DNA from: Minisyncoccota bacterium
GTDB taxonomy: Bacteria > Patescibacteriota > Minisyncoccia > Phycocordibacterales > JABAAK01
Assembly: GCA_965222235.1 (NCBI GenBank)
Contig: OZ244939.1
Coordinates: 400,107 to 464,106 of the forward strand
Direction of reading: 5' to 3'
DNA length: 64,000 nt
In this document: piece after piece, positions 1 through 10,856 of the stretch
Layout of the letters: every line of letters begins with the position of its first letter
Position numbering within the stretch: position 1 is the stretch's first letter
The notes under the pieces: model-generated
Told to the model about the DNA's origin: nothing
Databases searched by the model: none
Seen by the model: only the letters and a program-made list of their open reading frames with translations
Made by a program: the position numbers and the translations under genes

Positions 1-832
1 GCACCGTAATTGCATCCCGGGGATTGGCGAGACGAACGGCGATACCGGAGACATTATTCGCCGGATTCACCACATGTCCCCGCACCTCATCGGCATGCAT
101 CATGACGCTCAGATCCAGCTCGCCGGCTTTCGTGCGGTACACACCCCGCACCAGATACTTCTGGAGCACGCCGCCGGATCCGGAGCGCCGCGGACGCAAT
201 GAACCGGGCTGCTGAACATCGCTGTCAACCTGCCCGAATTCTCCCGACCGAACATCTCCGATACGGATATACACCGAATCGCCGGGGTGAATGCCGGAAA
301 GAACATCGGCACCGAAGGGTGAATACCGCTCCATCAGCGCGCTGCCGACAAGAACTTCACGCCGACCGGTGCCGGAGAAATACTCACCTTCAAGAATACG
401 CCGGGACAGCCCTGTGGTCGCATCCTCTTCAGCGGGATTAATGCCGAGCACCGTTCCGCTGACCGTGTGCCGTTTCTCATTCACATTGATAACATTAAAG
501 ATCTCGTCTTCGGCGATAATCTCAACGCGCGCGGCAAGACGGGGAGACAGCGCGGCAACCCGCGGATTGCCGGTAAGTTGGGAGATGATCTGCTGAGAAC
601 GGTTCACAAAAATCTGACCCTCTTTCGGAGAAATATAGACATCGCCCAATGCTCTCTCGCGCAGTCCGTCAAACGATCCGACAACGATACCCTCCAAAAT
701 ACCGCCGACCACGGTGAGGTTAAGAAAGGTGAGCAGCATGATAAATGTGATAAGTATGGTCGTCCAAATATTCGCACCGCGAATATACCGCGTAACGAGA
801 AAAAAACCTACTGTAATATCATTCCTCTTCAT
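1..832 (-). CDS. ABC transporter permease, MacB/FtsX family. Only the N-terminal part lies in the window; the 3-prime end runs off the window start.
   Basis: Translating the minus strand by hand from the ATG at 830-832 gives MKRNDITVGFFLVTRYIRGANIWTTILITFIMLLTFLNLTVVGG..., a TM helix followed by a large extracytoplasmic domain, as in MacB. It is absent from the ORF track because it has no stop inside the window. It overlaps the end of the upstream adaptor gene by 14 bp. Confidence 0.55.
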   Translation of the reverse strand, partial: MKRNDITVGFFLVTRYIRGANIWTTILITFIMLLTFLNLTVVGGILEGIVVGSFDGLRERALGDVYISPKEGQIFVNRSQQIISQLTGNPRVAALSPRLAARVEIIAEDEIFNVINVNEKRHTVSGTVLGINPAEEDATTGLSRRILEGEYFSGTGRREVLVGSALMERYSPFGADVLSGIHPGDSVYIRIGDVRSGEFGQVDSDVQQPGSLRPRRSGSGGVLQKYLVRGVYRTKAGELDLSVMMHADEVRGHVVNPANNVSGIAVRLANPRDAITV

Positions 833-2366
833 GGGCACCGGTGTCAAAAATGACCACATCATCGGCATACAGTTCGCCGGTGACCACGACCATACCGTCA
901 TCGAGGGATTCGCCGACGGTAACCGATACCGACATCGTATCCCCGCCCCGCTCAACGATTACATATTCGTGCAAATCTTTGCGCATCACCGCAAGCCACG
1001 GCACGGCGAACACATCAACCGGACTGCCTGACGGAATCTGCACATCAATCGTCATGCCCGACCGCAGACCGGATGTGCTGCCGATCACATCAAAGACAAC
1101 TGTGTATACCGCGACATCGCTGATCCGCTTCTCGGTAATATCAATGGTGCGAACGCGAACGGGCACTGTTTCACCGGTCACCTCAACAATTGCCTCCACA
1201 TCCTGACCCTGTTGCATGTGCTGCACTTCAACCTCGGTCACATCAACCACTACGGTAAACCCGTCGCGGGAAATAAAGCGCGCCGCATCCGTTCCCTGCA
1301 CCACAAATTCACCCGCCTTCACGAACATTTCACCGATAACACCGTCAAACGGCGCGTAGACTCTGGTCTTCGCCAGGCGCAGCTCAAGCTGGCGCAGTTT
1401 TTCCTCTTCGGCACCCACCTGCGCCGCCTGCGCGCGCTGGTCGGCATCAGTACCACCGTTCAGCAATTCGGCGGACTGGGCGAGCGCGAGATCATACTGC
1501 GCACGGGCATGCTCAATATCGGCGGCATGCTTTGTCATACTGACTACGAACTCAAGGAGCGCGGTCCGGGTTTTGGCGAGCAGTAGAAATGCCTCGTGAT
1601 ATTCCGAACGGGCGGATCGGAGAGGCAGAAGCGCATCATACATGGTGACAACGCCGCCGTGCAGAAAACGTAAATCCGTATCAAACTGCTCAAGGATGGC
1701 AAGCACCTGCCGATAATCAGAAATATTGTTGCCGGACCACACGCGCCACCGAATAAACACCGCCTCGGCATCCTGCCGCATCTTATTAATCCGCTGTTTG
1801 GTAACGACGGGCACATCGGGCTCAAAATACGGATCGTCGGGTGTGCCGCCGAACAGTGTATCAAGCTCGGTACGCACCATATTCTCAAACAGCGAGGCGG
1901 TGTGCTGGGCGGAGACCAGTGCGATACGCGCTTTGTTTTCAAGCGTCTGCTCGGAAACGGCGGTGTTCGCCTTAACCCGGGTGCGCTCAGGATGCTCCGG
2001 ACCCGTGATAACGCTGTTCAGCCGGATCTGCTCCCGCTCAAGCCGTGAACGCTGCTCTTTTACCTGCGCGGCAAGTGTATCAAAACCCAGTGAGGCAATA
2101 ACGGAGCCGGCGAACACGATATCTCCCGCATCATAGTTCACCTCCCGCACAACGCCGCCGTCCTCAAACGCAAGCGAGACATCGTCACGCGCTTCAATGG
2201 TGCCGGTAGCGATAGAAAGGTCCTGATGCTGTGTCGGTATAACCTGTGCTCTGTGTTTGGTATCGGACATATGAATAGGGTGTAAAAAACTGATACTAGT
2301 ATACAACAAAAAAACACCCAAAAGAACGATGCAAAGAGCAAGAACAGGTCGGGGAAAAATATTCAT
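819..2366 (-). CDS. Periplasmic adaptor / membrane-fusion protein of the HlyD/MacA family.
   Basis: It has an N-terminal TM anchor, long coiled-coil segments (LRQLELRLAKTR) and a C-terminal beta-barrel/lipoyl-like segment. It forms an operon with the downstream MacB-like permease. Confidence 0.65.
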   Translation of the reverse strand: MNIFPRPVLALCIVLLGVFLLYTSISFLHPIHMSDTKHRAQVIPTQHQDLSIATGTIEARDDVSLAFEDGGVVREVNYDAGDIVFAGSVIASLGFDTLAAQVKEQRSRLEREQIRLNSVITGPEHPERTRVKANTAVSEQTLENKARIALVSAQHTASLFENMVRTELDTLFGGTPDDPYFEPDVPVVTKQRINKMRQDAEAVFIRWRVWSGNNISDYRQVLAILEQFDTDLRFLHGGVVTMYDALLPLRSARSEYHEAFLLLAKTRTALLEFVVSMTKHAADIEHARAQYDLALAQSAELLNGGTDADQRAQAAQVGAEEEKLRQLELRLAKTRVYAPFDGVIGEMFVKAGEFVVQGTDAARFISRDGFTVVVDVTEVEVQHMQQGQDVEAIVEVTGETVPVRVRTIDITEKRISDVAVYTVVFDVIGSTSGLRSGMTIDVQIPSGSPVDVFAVPWLAVMRKDLHEYVIVERGGDTMSVSVTVGESLDDGMVVVTGELYADDVVIFDTGAHEEE

Positions 2367-2424
2367 TACACCAGATAGTATACTATATTAGCGAAAGAAA
2401 AAAGAAAGTGATACAATCAAGTCA

Positions 2425-2497
2425 TGGTGCCTATGGTGTAATGGTTAGCACTCAGGTTTGTGGAACCTGCAGCGAGGGTTCAAATCCCTCTAGGCAC
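2425..2497 (+). tRNA. tRNA-His (GTG), with an extra G at position -1.
   Basis: The cloverleaf was read by hand: acceptor gtgccta/taggcac, anticodon stem caggt/acctg with loop ttGTGga, T-arm gagggttcaaatccctc. Confidence 0.85.
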
Positions 2498-2605
2498 CCC
2501 CTAAGAGACAATAGACAACCATATATACCGAAGCCCCCAGTCGTTCCGCCGCCGCTTCACACCGATGAGCCACCGGCACAGCCAATAGAAAATATATGCG
2601 CACAA

Positions 2606-4987
2606 TCAACTCCCGCAGGAAATACAAACATTCGGATCGTCATCTGCCCGCTGAACGGAAACAGGGACTTTCTCCTGAACGGGAATATGTTTTTGCACCT
2701 GTTCCGGATGTTTTGAGTTATCAACCGTAAACTGTACCGCCTCAACCGCCGGTGTGTTGCGGAGATAGTACATACCGGTCTTCAGTCCCCGCCTCCAGGC
2801 ATGAAAATGCAGCGCGGTCAGCTTCCCCGCCGTCGCACCACGCATATGGATATTCATGCTCATACTCTGACAGATAAACGGACCCCTGTCGACCGCCATA
2901 TCAACAATAGAACGCTGTGAAATCTCCCACACCGTGCGGTACCGCATGCGAATATCCTCGGGGATTTCATGAATATTCTGAACGGAGCCGCGTTCGGCGA
3001 TAAGGCGACGGCGAAGATCCTCGTTCCACATACCGACCTCCTGTAAATCACGCAGTAGGTGTTTGTTAATCAGAATGAACTCGCCGGAAATCACCCGCCG
3101 CACATACAGATTGGAAGTGAACGGCTCTATTGACTCATTATTGCCGAACACCTGCGCGGTCGTGGCGGTGGGCATCGGCGCCATGAAAAGAGAGTTGCGC
3201 AGACCGTGGCGCACCATATCAGTGCGGGTTTTTTCCCAGTCCCACAGACCGGAATCGGGCGACATACCCCACAAATCAAACTGGAACTTCCCTTCGGAAG
3301 CGGGAGAACCGGGAAATGTCTCATAGTGCCCGTCCTTCTCGGCAAGCTCAACGGACGCCTCAAGCGCGCCGTGATAAATAGTTTCAAAAATGTTCTTGTT
3401 CAGTTCCCGCGCCCTCGGCTCGTCAAAAGTTAATTTCATCAGCGCGAATGTGTCGGCAAGACCCTGTATGCCGATGCCAATCGGACGGTGGCGCAGATTG
3501 GAATACTCCATCTCAGGAAGAACATACAGATTCCGGTCAATTACCTTGTTCAGATTGCGACAGACGATTTTCGCCACATCATGCAGCCGCTCAAAATCAT
3601 AGGTGCCGTCTGTGCGGATAAACTGATTCACACAAATGGAGGCAAGATTGCAGATTGCTGTTTCCTTGTCGTCGGAATATTCAATGATCTCGGTGCACAG
3701 ATTGCTGCTGCGGATGGTGCCGAGATTCTTCTGATTTGACTTGTGGTTCGCGGTGTCCTTATAGAGCATGAACGGTGTGCCGGTCTCAATCTGCGCATTG
3801 ACGATGTGAAACCACAAATCCCGCGCCTTGACCGTCTTCACACCGCGCCCCTCAGACTCATACTGCTTATACAGCGTCTCAAACTCTCTGCCGTACACAT
3901 TAAAGAGACCGGGGCACTCATTGGGACACATCAGCATCCACTCGCCGTCCGCTTCCACCCGGCGCATGAACTCGTCGGGGACCCAGAGCGCCAAAAATAA
4001 ATCCCGGGAGCGGCGCTCCTCGGCACCGTGGTTTTTCCGCAGGTCAATGAAATCAAACACATCGGCATGCCATGGCTCAAGGTAAATACAGAATGCGCCC
4101 TTACGCTTCCCGCCCTGATCAACATACCGTGCGGTCTCATTGAACACGCGCAGCATCGGCACGAGGCCGTTGGATGTGCCGCGAGACTTTGTGATGAAAC
4201 TGCCCGTCGCGCGGATATTGTGCATACTAATTGACAACCCGCCGCCGGACTGAGACACCAACGCTGCGTCGGTCATCGTTTTGTAAATGCCTCTGATGCT
4301 GTCTTCGGACATCGCGAGGAGAAAGCAGGAACTCATCTGCGGACACGGTGTGCCGGCATTGAACAATGTCGGTGTCGCATGTATGAAATCCTTCCGGGAC
4401 ATGTGGTGATAGGTCTCAAACGCGGCCTTCAGGTCATACCCGTGAATACCGAGCGCAACACGCATGAACATATGCTGCGGCCGTTCAACCACACGATTAT
4501 GCATCCGCATCAGATATTTCTGACCCTCCAGTGTTTTGAAACCGAAAAAGTCAAATACATCATAATCCCGGTTGTGATCTATCTGTGCCTCTATCTCCTC
4601 GCCGTGCTTCGTCACGATATCCAACAACTCATCGGACACGAACGGCACATGTCGGCCGGTCTTCGGCTCAACATGTGCGTGCAGCCGCTGTATCACCTCA
4701 ACAAAGGACGGCGTGGTGTCCTTGTGGAGATTGGAAATGGCGATGCGTGCGGCAAGGCGCAGAAAATCGGAATGGGTGGTCGCCATAGAAGCGCAGATGC
4801 GTGCGGCAAGATCATCAAGCTCCGCCGTCTTTATCTCATCATGCAGTCCGTCAACGACCCGGCGGGTGATTTCAGCCGGATCAATAAAGGCGGCATCCAG
4901 GCCTGTTGTCAGGGAGGAAATACGCTCCAGAATAGCGTCAAACCGCACTTCTTCCCGATCTCCGCTCCTTTTGATTACATACATCAT
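2606..4987 (-). CDS. nrdA: Ribonucleoside-diphosphate reductase, class Ia alpha subunit with an N-terminal ATP-cone.
   Basis: 793 aa. It has the ATP-cone MMYVIKRSGDREEVRFD, the NLCTEI active-site motif, and C-terminal CISCGS cysteines. Confidence 0.9.
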   Translation of the reverse strand: MMYVIKRSGDREEVRFDAILERISSLTTGLDAAFIDPAEITRRVVDGLHDEIKTAELDDLAARICASMATTHSDFLRLAARIAISNLHKDTTPSFVEVIQRLHAHVEPKTGRHVPFVSDELLDIVTKHGEEIEAQIDHNRDYDVFDFFGFKTLEGQKYLMRMHNRVVERPQHMFMRVALGIHGYDLKAAFETYHHMSRKDFIHATPTLFNAGTPCPQMSSCFLLAMSEDSIRGIYKTMTDAALVSQSGGGLSISMHNIRATGSFITKSRGTSNGLVPMLRVFNETARYVDQGGKRKGAFCIYLEPWHADVFDFIDLRKNHGAEERRSRDLFLALWVPDEFMRRVEADGEWMLMCPNECPGLFNVYGREFETLYKQYESEGRGVKTVKARDLWFHIVNAQIETGTPFMLYKDTANHKSNQKNLGTIRSSNLCTEIIEYSDDKETAICNLASICVNQFIRTDGTYDFERLHDVAKIVCRNLNKVIDRNLYVLPEMEYSNLRHRPIGIGIQGLADTFALMKLTFDEPRARELNKNIFETIYHGALEASVELAEKDGHYETFPGSPASEGKFQFDLWGMSPDSGLWDWEKTRTDMVRHGLRNSLFMAPMPTATTAQVFGNNESIEPFTSNLYVRRVISGEFILINKHLLRDLQEVGMWNEDLRRRLIAERGSVQNIHEIPEDIRMRYRTVWEISQRSIVDMAVDRGPFICQSMSMNIHMRGATAGKLTALHFHAWRRGLKTGMYYLRNTPAVEAVQFTVDNSKHPEQVQKHIPVQEKVPVSVQRADDDPNVCISCGS

Positions 4988-4996
4988 AGTTAAATA

Positions 4997-6016
4997 TTAA
5001 AAATTCTGGTCCAGATTGAAATCACGCTGCTGCTCGTCAGTTACGACACCGGCTTTCTGATACTCGGAAACCCTGCGTTCAAAAAAGTTGGTCTTCCCTT
5101 CCAGGGAAATCATGTCCATAAAATCAAAGGGGTTGGACACATTGTACAGTTTGGACAAACCGAGCTCCACCATCAGATGATCGGCGACATATTCAATATA
5201 CTGCGACATCTTCTCCGCGCTCATACCGATCAGACGAACGGGCAGTGACTCGGTTATGAATTCCTTCTCAAGGTCAACCGCATCCCGGACAATGCCGCCC
5301 ACCACATCTTCCGGCAACTTATTCACAATATGATCCCGGTACAGCAGGCAGGCGAAGTCACGATGCATCCCCTCATCACGGGAAATCAGCTGATTCGCGA
5401 ACGACAGGCCGGGCATCAATCCGCGGCTCTTCAGCCAGAAAATGGAACAGAAACTGCCGGAAAAGAACACACCCTCAACAACAGAAAATGCAATGAGTCG
5501 CTCGACGAAACTCCCCCGCGAAATCCAGCGCAGCGCCCACTCCGCCTTTTTCTTTACGGACGGAACGGTGGTGACGGCGTTAAACAGATATCTCTGCTCG
5601 TCTTTGTCGCGGATGTATGAGTCGATAAACAGAGAGTAGGTGTGAGAATGAATATTCTCAACCGCGATCTGAAAGCCGTAGAAGAACTTCGCCTCAATAT
5701 ACTGCACATTGTTCAGAAAATCTTCGGCAAGATTCTTGTTCACAATGCCGTCAGATGCGGCAAAAAAAGCGAGCACGTGCTTGATGAAGTGGCGCTCGTC
5801 GTCATTCAGCTTTTCATGCCAGTCAATAAGGTCGTCCGCAAAGTCAATTTCCTCAGGAACCCAGAAACTGGCGACCGATCGGCGGTAGAAACCCCAAATA
5901 TCATTGTGCTCAATCGGAAATAAAACAAAACGCTCAGCAGCATCGGACAGGATTGGCTCCATATCGGTATTTTTTCCTGCCGCGAAGCTTTTTGTTGTGC
6001 TGGGTATTGTCATCAT
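4997..6016 (-). CDS. nrdB: Ribonucleoside-diphosphate reductase beta subunit.
   Basis: 339 aa with the di-iron ferritin-like motifs ([24 protein letters not shown]). It lies immediately upstream of nrdA on the same strand. Confidence 0.9.
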   Translation of the reverse strand: MMTIPSTTKSFAAGKNTDMEPILSDAAERFVLFPIEHNDIWGFYRRSVASFWVPEEIDFADDLIDWHEKLNDDERHFIKHVLAFFAASDGIVNKNLAEDFLNNVQYIEAKFFYGFQIAVENIHSHTYSLFIDSYIRDKDEQRYLFNAVTTVPSVKKKAEWALRWISRGSFVERLIAFSVVEGVFFSGSFCSIFWLKSRGLMPGLSFANQLISRDEGMHRDFACLLYRDHIVNKLPEDVVGGIVRDAVDLEKEFITESLPVRLIGMSAEKMSQYIEYVADHLMVELGLSKLYNVSNPFDFMDMISLEGKTNFFERRVSEYQKAGVVTDEQQRDFNLDQNF

Positions 6017-6159
6017 ACGATATTGTTATGGTACTAACCAGTAGTATATAAGAGAAAAAATTGCAATTTTTTCTCTTTCAGAAAAACACAAAGTGAATGC
6101 TGTGGAAACTTTACAACACTTAAAGCAGTGATATTATATAAAAACCCCTTCCGTAGAAA

Positions 6160-6804
6160 TTACTGCGCGCGCAGCTCCTCAACAGTCTCCTGCAGCTCCG
6201 TAATCTGCGCCTGCTGTTCCTTCAGCGCCTCAACCAGCACCGGAATCAGTGCTGCATAAGCGATGCTTTTGTATCCGTCCTCACCGCCTTCAGTAACTAG
6301 AGCAGGAAAGACCGGCTCAACTTCCTGCGCCATGAAACCGATTGACGATCCGCCGCCGAACTCCTCTTTAAAGTCAAATGAATACCCTTGCAGCTGCTGG
6401 ATGCGCTCCAATGAATCCTCCAAAGGAACGATGTGTTCTTTCTGCTCCGCATCACTGCTGTAGAAAAAGCCGGGCGCGTACACACTGTTGTTGCTGGTCA
6501 GGTTGCCGCTTTCCAGCCTCCAATACCTCCTGATCACCGCCGATCTGCATGTCAGCCCGCCGGCATCACCGACCAAAAAGGAATTAGTTCCCGGACAATC
6601 AGGTATGGCCAAATCGGAACTCGGAAGATCCACACAGGTAAGACCCTTGCCGGCGGCGATACTCAACACCTGACCCGGACCGCAGGCACCGACACCGGCA
6701 GTCGGCGACCGTCGGGGAATTGACTGGGCTGAGACATAGGCTATTGAAATTAACGCAAAGACTGCGAGAACCAATAACCAAAAAACAGAGCGTAAAGAAA
6801 TCAT
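6160..6804 (-). CDS. Secreted protein with a C-terminal intramolecular-chaperone (peptidase S74 / chaperone-of-endosialidase) domain.
   Basis: The start was trimmed to the ATG at 6802-6804 (MISLRSVFWLLVLAVFALISIAYVSAQ signal peptide), because the longer ORF would overlap the rluA-family gene. The C-terminus YSFDFKEEFGGGSSIGFMAQEVEPVFPALV...YAALIPVLVEALKEQQAQITELQ matches the S74 chaperone pattern. Confidence 0.5.
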   Translation of the reverse strand: MISLRSVFWLLVLAVFALISIAYVSAQSIPRRSPTAGVGACGPGQVLSIAAGKGLTCVDLPSSDLAIPDCPGTNSFLVGDAGGLTCRSAVIRRYWRLESGNLTSNNSVYAPGFFYSSDAEQKEHIVPLEDSLERIQQLQGYSFDFKEEFGGGSSIGFMAQEVEPVFPALVTEGGEDGYKSIAYAALIPVLVEALKEQQAQITELQETVEELRAQ

Positions 6805-6859
6805 ATACAGACAGTATATACACTGCGCGGTGGGTATAAAGAAAATGGTGTGGATAGAC

Positions 6860-7615
6860 TCAACAGTCCGACAGGGCGCGCTCAAAGTCCTCCGGGTACG
6901 GAGCAATGATATCAAGCGGATCGGTGTGGTGATGGGTATGGATGGTAATCCGCCGCGCATGCAGCGCCAGCCGGTCAAAACCGAGCAATGGCGGCCGTTT
7001 CGGCGCATACCGGGAGTCGCACACAATCGGAATCTGTAGCGACTGCGCATGCACGCGAATCTGATGCGTGCGGCCGGTCTTCGGATAGAAAGAAACGAAT
7101 GAGGAGGATTTGTCATGACAGGCACGAACGAGGACATACTCAGTACATGCTTCCCGCGCCTCGCCGCGGATATGGCGCACCGACTGCTTCCGAAAATCCG
7201 ACCTGCTCTTCCCTATCGCCAGCCGGACGGTGCCGCGAACCTGCTTCGGCCTGCCGTACACGAACGCGTGATACTCCTTCTCTACTTTTCCTTTCTGAAA
7301 ATGGCTTTTGAGTGTCCGAAACATGTCCTGATGCTTCGCTATGACCAGCACCCCCGTCGTTTCCATATCAAGCCGGTGCACGATGCCGGGACGAAAAACC
7401 GTGATCCCTGCGGAAACATACGGCTCCCCCACCTCCCGGATTGTGGGATAGTGCTCAATCAGCCAGTCAACCAGGGTGTGCCCGGTGCCGGTGCCGGCAT
7501 GTACTGCCATCCCCGCCGGCTTGTTAATCCCTATAATATGCTCGTCTTCATAGATAACAACGGGATCCATAGTAATAATCACTGACAGTATAGCATTCGG
7601 GCGAACAACCGCCAT
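6860..7615 (-). CDS. RluA-family pseudouridine synthase.
   Basis: It contains HRLDMETTGVLVIAKH, the catalytic HRLD..TSG-type motif. 251 aa. Confidence 0.8.
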   Translation of the reverse strand: MAVVRPNAILSVIITMDPVVIYEDEHIIGINKPAGMAVHAGTGTGHTLVDWLIEHYPTIREVGEPYVSAGITVFRPGIVHRLDMETTGVLVIAKHQDMFRTLKSHFQKGKVEKEYHAFVYGRPKQVRGTVRLAIGKSRSDFRKQSVRHIRGEAREACTEYVLVRACHDKSSSFVSFYPKTGRTHQIRVHAQSLQIPIVCDSRYAPKRPPLLGFDRLALHARRITIHTHHHTDPLDIIAPYPEDFERALSDC

Positions 7616-7663
7616 ACATCATCATGACGCCGGCACCTGTCATTGGTTGGAGAAGACATAGAG

Positions 7664-7737
7664 TGGGCGATGCAGGGCTCGAACCTGCGGCCTTCTGGGT
7701 GTAAACCAGACGCTCTAGCCAACTGAGCTAATCGCCC
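7664..7737 (-). tRNA. tRNA-Val (TAC).
   Basis: The reverse complement reads gggcgattagctcagttggctagagcgtctggttTACacccagaaggccgcaggttcgagccctgcatcgccca. The acceptor, D, anticodon and T arms all pair. Confidence 0.85.
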
Positions 7738-7757
7738 CAGTACCGCAATATACCACA

Positions 7758-8810
7758 CTACCGCTTGCGCGATGATATCGCCTGAATCGGATACCCGAGT
7801 CGAATGCCGGCATCATCAAACCGATCCAGCACTTCCCGGTGTACCGCGTGGCGAATTCCTACATATTCAGCATAGTTTATGGTGTTGACTTTGTACACGA
7901 CCTCAAACATGATGGCGTGCTCGCCGAACTCGCTCATCCGCGCGTGGACAAACTGTGCCTTCTTGTGGGAGGCAACGATAGATTGAATTATAACGGAAAT
8001 CTCGTCAAGCTTACTGTTCTTCGTATCATATGAAACTGGAATGTGCAGGGTGGCTTTCCGGTATGCCCGGTCCGTTGTGTTGTAAATCTTCGTGCTCACC
8101 AGGTCTTCGTTCGGCACCACGATTCGCTCCCCTGTAAACGCGCGCACATCGGTCGTCTTGATGCCCACTTTCTCAACCGTGCCGCTCACGCCGTCCACAC
8201 TCACCATGTCACCGACGGCAAACGGCCGGTCAAAAAAGATAACGAATGTGCTGAACAGATCGGCAAGAATTTTCTGAAACGCGAATGAAATCGCCAGACC
8301 GGCAACACCGAGGCCGGCGAGGAGCGCTGTAACATTCACCCCGAGATTGGAGAGCACAAATATAAGACCGAACACGGTAATCAGCGCCCGCATCAGCATA
8401 CTCAGTGCGGGAAGCGCCGTCGTCAGCGCGCCGCTGTCCAGTCTCTTCGCATACTCTCCCATGGCAAAATCAACCGCCCGAAAACAGACGAGCACAACCT
8501 CAAAGACAATGAATATGACAAAGAGATGATTGAGAACCGACCGGAACGATTCCGGTAGTGTGAGGACAAAGAGCAGCGTAACCAGAAAACCGAGGATGAT
8601 ATAAAAACGGAGTCCGAACGACCGAACGACCACCAAAAAAAAGTCATCAATCTTTGTCTTCGTCCCCTTCGCCATACGGACAATATGATTCACCAGCACC
8701 GTCCGCATGATGGTGCCGAACCCGATGAACAAAAAAATGACGACTGAGGCGAAAATAATATCGTGAGCGGTATTGCCGTACAGTTCAAACATACACTTAC
8801 AATATACCAA
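7758..8810 (-). CDS. Small-conductance mechanosensitive channel, MscS family.
   Basis: It has TM helices followed by the conserved FAVGDMVSVDGVSGTVEKVGIKTTDVRAFTGERIVVPN beta-domain. Confidence 0.85.
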   Translation of the reverse strand: MVYCKCMFELYGNTAHDIIFASVVIFLFIGFGTIMRTVLVNHIVRMAKGTKTKIDDFFLVVVRSFGLRFYIILGFLVTLLFVLTLPESFRSVLNHLFVIFIVFEVVLVCFRAVDFAMGEYAKRLDSGALTTALPALSMLMRALITVFGLIFVLSNLGVNVTALLAGLGVAGLAISFAFQKILADLFSTFVIFFDRPFAVGDMVSVDGVSGTVEKVGIKTTDVRAFTGERIVVPNEDLVSTKIYNTTDRAYRKATLHIPVSYDTKNSKLDEISVIIQSIVASHKKAQFVHARMSEFGEHAIMFEVVYKVNTINYAEYVGIRHAVHREVLDRFDDAGIRLGYPIQAISSRKR

Positions 8811-9777
8811 ACAGTTTTATCACAATCAACAAATAGAGAAGGATATAAAAAATCCCTTCCCAGATATAAATCTTATTCGACAGGCTTGATACAATAAAAA
8901 GGACGGTCACGCCGATCAGCGCGGGGAGGCCGACAGAGAGCGTGGTGGCATTGAGGGTCAGGTTCGAAAACAGCGCGGGGAGGCCGATCACAAAAAGAAT
9001 ATTAAAGGTGTTTGAGCCGATGATATTGCCGATGACGAGCTCTATCTCCTTGCGCAGTGCCGCCTGCACCGAAACAACAAGTTCAGGAAGCGAGGTGCCG
9101 AGTGCCAGCGCGGTAATGGCAACAAGACCCTCGGGAATAGAAAACAGCGAGGCGATCATCTGTGTTGATATAATCGTGGTGTGCGCCGCCAAGGCGACTA
9201 CGACAACGGCCAGGATAAATACGCCGAGATGCTTGGGAACAAACGACAGGCTTTTCAACCGTTCTTCCGATGTGAGCGGATAAGTCCTCTGATCCTTGGA
9301 CAGAAAGATGTAGGCGAGATAGCAGATAAAGCCGAACAGAAGAAATACCCCCTCGTACATATGCACAACGCCGTCAAACACAATAAATATGAACATGAGC
9401 GTCACCGCAACGATGAGCGGCAATTCAATATCAACAAGATTCTTTGTGATAACGAGCCGGCGCACAATGAGGGTGACAATACCCAGTATTAATAATATAT
9501 TTGCAATGTTTGAGCCGATAACTTGGGCAACGGGAATGTCAACCACACCATTCCAGACGGAGAACAGCGCTATGGTCGCCTCAGGAAGCGAGGTGCCGAA
9601 CGCAACAATAACCGCACCGACCACGAACGGGCTGATATCAAGCGCCAGCCCCAATTGTCCCGCACTGCGCAAAAAATAATTCGTCGCGGTGATAAGTAGA
9701 CCGAGCGAGGCAAAAAACAGGAGAAATGGAATGATGAAATCCATATTAATACACCAAAAGAACGGCGAAATGAGCAA
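8797..9777 (-). CDS. Ca2+/cation antiporter (CaCA / YrbG-like Na+/Ca2+ exchanger).
   Basis: It carries two alpha-repeats, GTSLPEATIALFSVWNG and GTSLPELVVSVQAA, with GSNIANILLILG. Confidence 0.8.
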   Translation of the reverse strand: MLISPFFWCINMDFIIPFLLFFASLGLLITATNYFLRSAGQLGLALDISPFVVGAVIVAFGTSLPEATIALFSVWNGVVDIPVAQVIGSNIANILLILGIVTLIVRRLVITKNLVDIELPLIVAVTLMFIFIVFDGVVHMYEGVFLLFGFICYLAYIFLSKDQRTYPLTSEERLKSLSFVPKHLGVFILAVVVVALAAHTTIISTQMIASLFSIPEGLVAITALALGTSLPELVVSVQAALRKEIELVIGNIIGSNTFNILFVIGLPALFSNLTLNATTLSVGLPALIGVTVLFIVSSLSNKIYIWEGIFYILLYLLIVIKLFGIL

Positions 9778-9925
9778 GAAGATTAATAAGGCTGTAGGTA
9801 AGGAAAAACGAAACGAAGAAAAAATTAACGCACGAGAGTATATTCATATGGATAGTATACTCTGAAATCCTATACGACAGAAAAGTGCGCGGGAAAAATG
9901 GGGAAACCGGCGCGGCGGCGAACAG

Positions 9926-10441
9926 ATGGGGTATACTGAACCTATGAATACGGCTCCGAAATATAAACACAAACCTGACGACATACAGGCACTCGTGCAG
10001 TGGCAACTGCTTGAAGAAAAAGGTGTATATTCAAGAGACAAGGAGCTCCTGATTATACTCATCGGAGCCGGCGCGGCAATACTCGCCGTCATCACCGAAA
10101 CATACATATTCGCACTGCTCGTCGGAATCGCAACCGGTATGTTCGTATACATAGGTCGCCAGAACCCTAAAAAACACCTCTTCACCATCGCCGACATAGG
10201 TGTATTCCTTGATGATGACTTTTTGTCATTTGAAGAAATACATGGGTTCAACATCATTGATGATCCGGGCGCGCGGGCGCGTCTCATATTAAAGATTCAG
10301 AAAATAATATATATCAATGAAATCGTTCCGATATATGATGTGCAGATAGACAAAATAGAGCATGCGCTGAAAGAAATGAATATCCCGAAAGACGAAACAC
10401 TGCGGCCGAACCTGCTTGACCGCATAACCCTGTCTGTGTGA
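9926..10441 (+). CDS. Hypothetical membrane protein.
   Basis: 171-aa ORF with two predicted TM helices and no recognisable family. Confidence 0.4.
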   Translation: MGYTEPMNTAPKYKHKPDDIQALVQWQLLEEKGVYSRDKELLIILIGAGAAILAVITETYIFALLVGIATGMFVYIGRQNPKKHLFTIADIGVFLDDDFLSFEEIHGFNIIDDPGARARLILKIQKIIYINEIVPIYDVQIDKIEHALKEMNIPKDETLRPNLLDRITLSV

Positions 10442-10478
10442 GTTTAAAAAATATCAGATTTGTGATATTGTAAGAAAT

Positions 10479-10568
<90 letters not shown>

Positions 10569-10800
10569 GGCGGAATATTTATACCAACAGTATCCGCTTT
10601 TATAGGTGCCGTAACAAAAGCTTGAAATACCAAAAAAGACGAGCTGATTTCACTATGATGAAGATAAATATCAATATATGGTTCCACAAACCTAAAATCC
10701 AAATGCTATTCAACACAATCAACCACATTAAATAAATTACAAATAGGGAATGTTGTACCGCCGAATATCACGATTTCGGATACCAGTCAGTGATCCTGAT

Positions 10801-10856
10801 GGTACAGTGTTGGAACTCAAAAAACAACTCACAGAAAATTTTGAAGAGTGAAAATA
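10801..10856. repeat. Left copy of a 56-bp inverted repeat. Its partner at 12308-12363 is 54/56 identical.
   Basis: ggtacagtgttggaactcaaaaaacaactcacagaaaattttgaagagtgaaaata matches the reverse complement of 12308-12363. Confidence 0.8.

Noticed and set aside
6017-6159. Possible NrdR box upstream of nrdB (cacaaagtg region).
   Set aside because: No 16-bp ACACWAWATWTWGTGT-type palindrome is present, and the half-sites do not pair.
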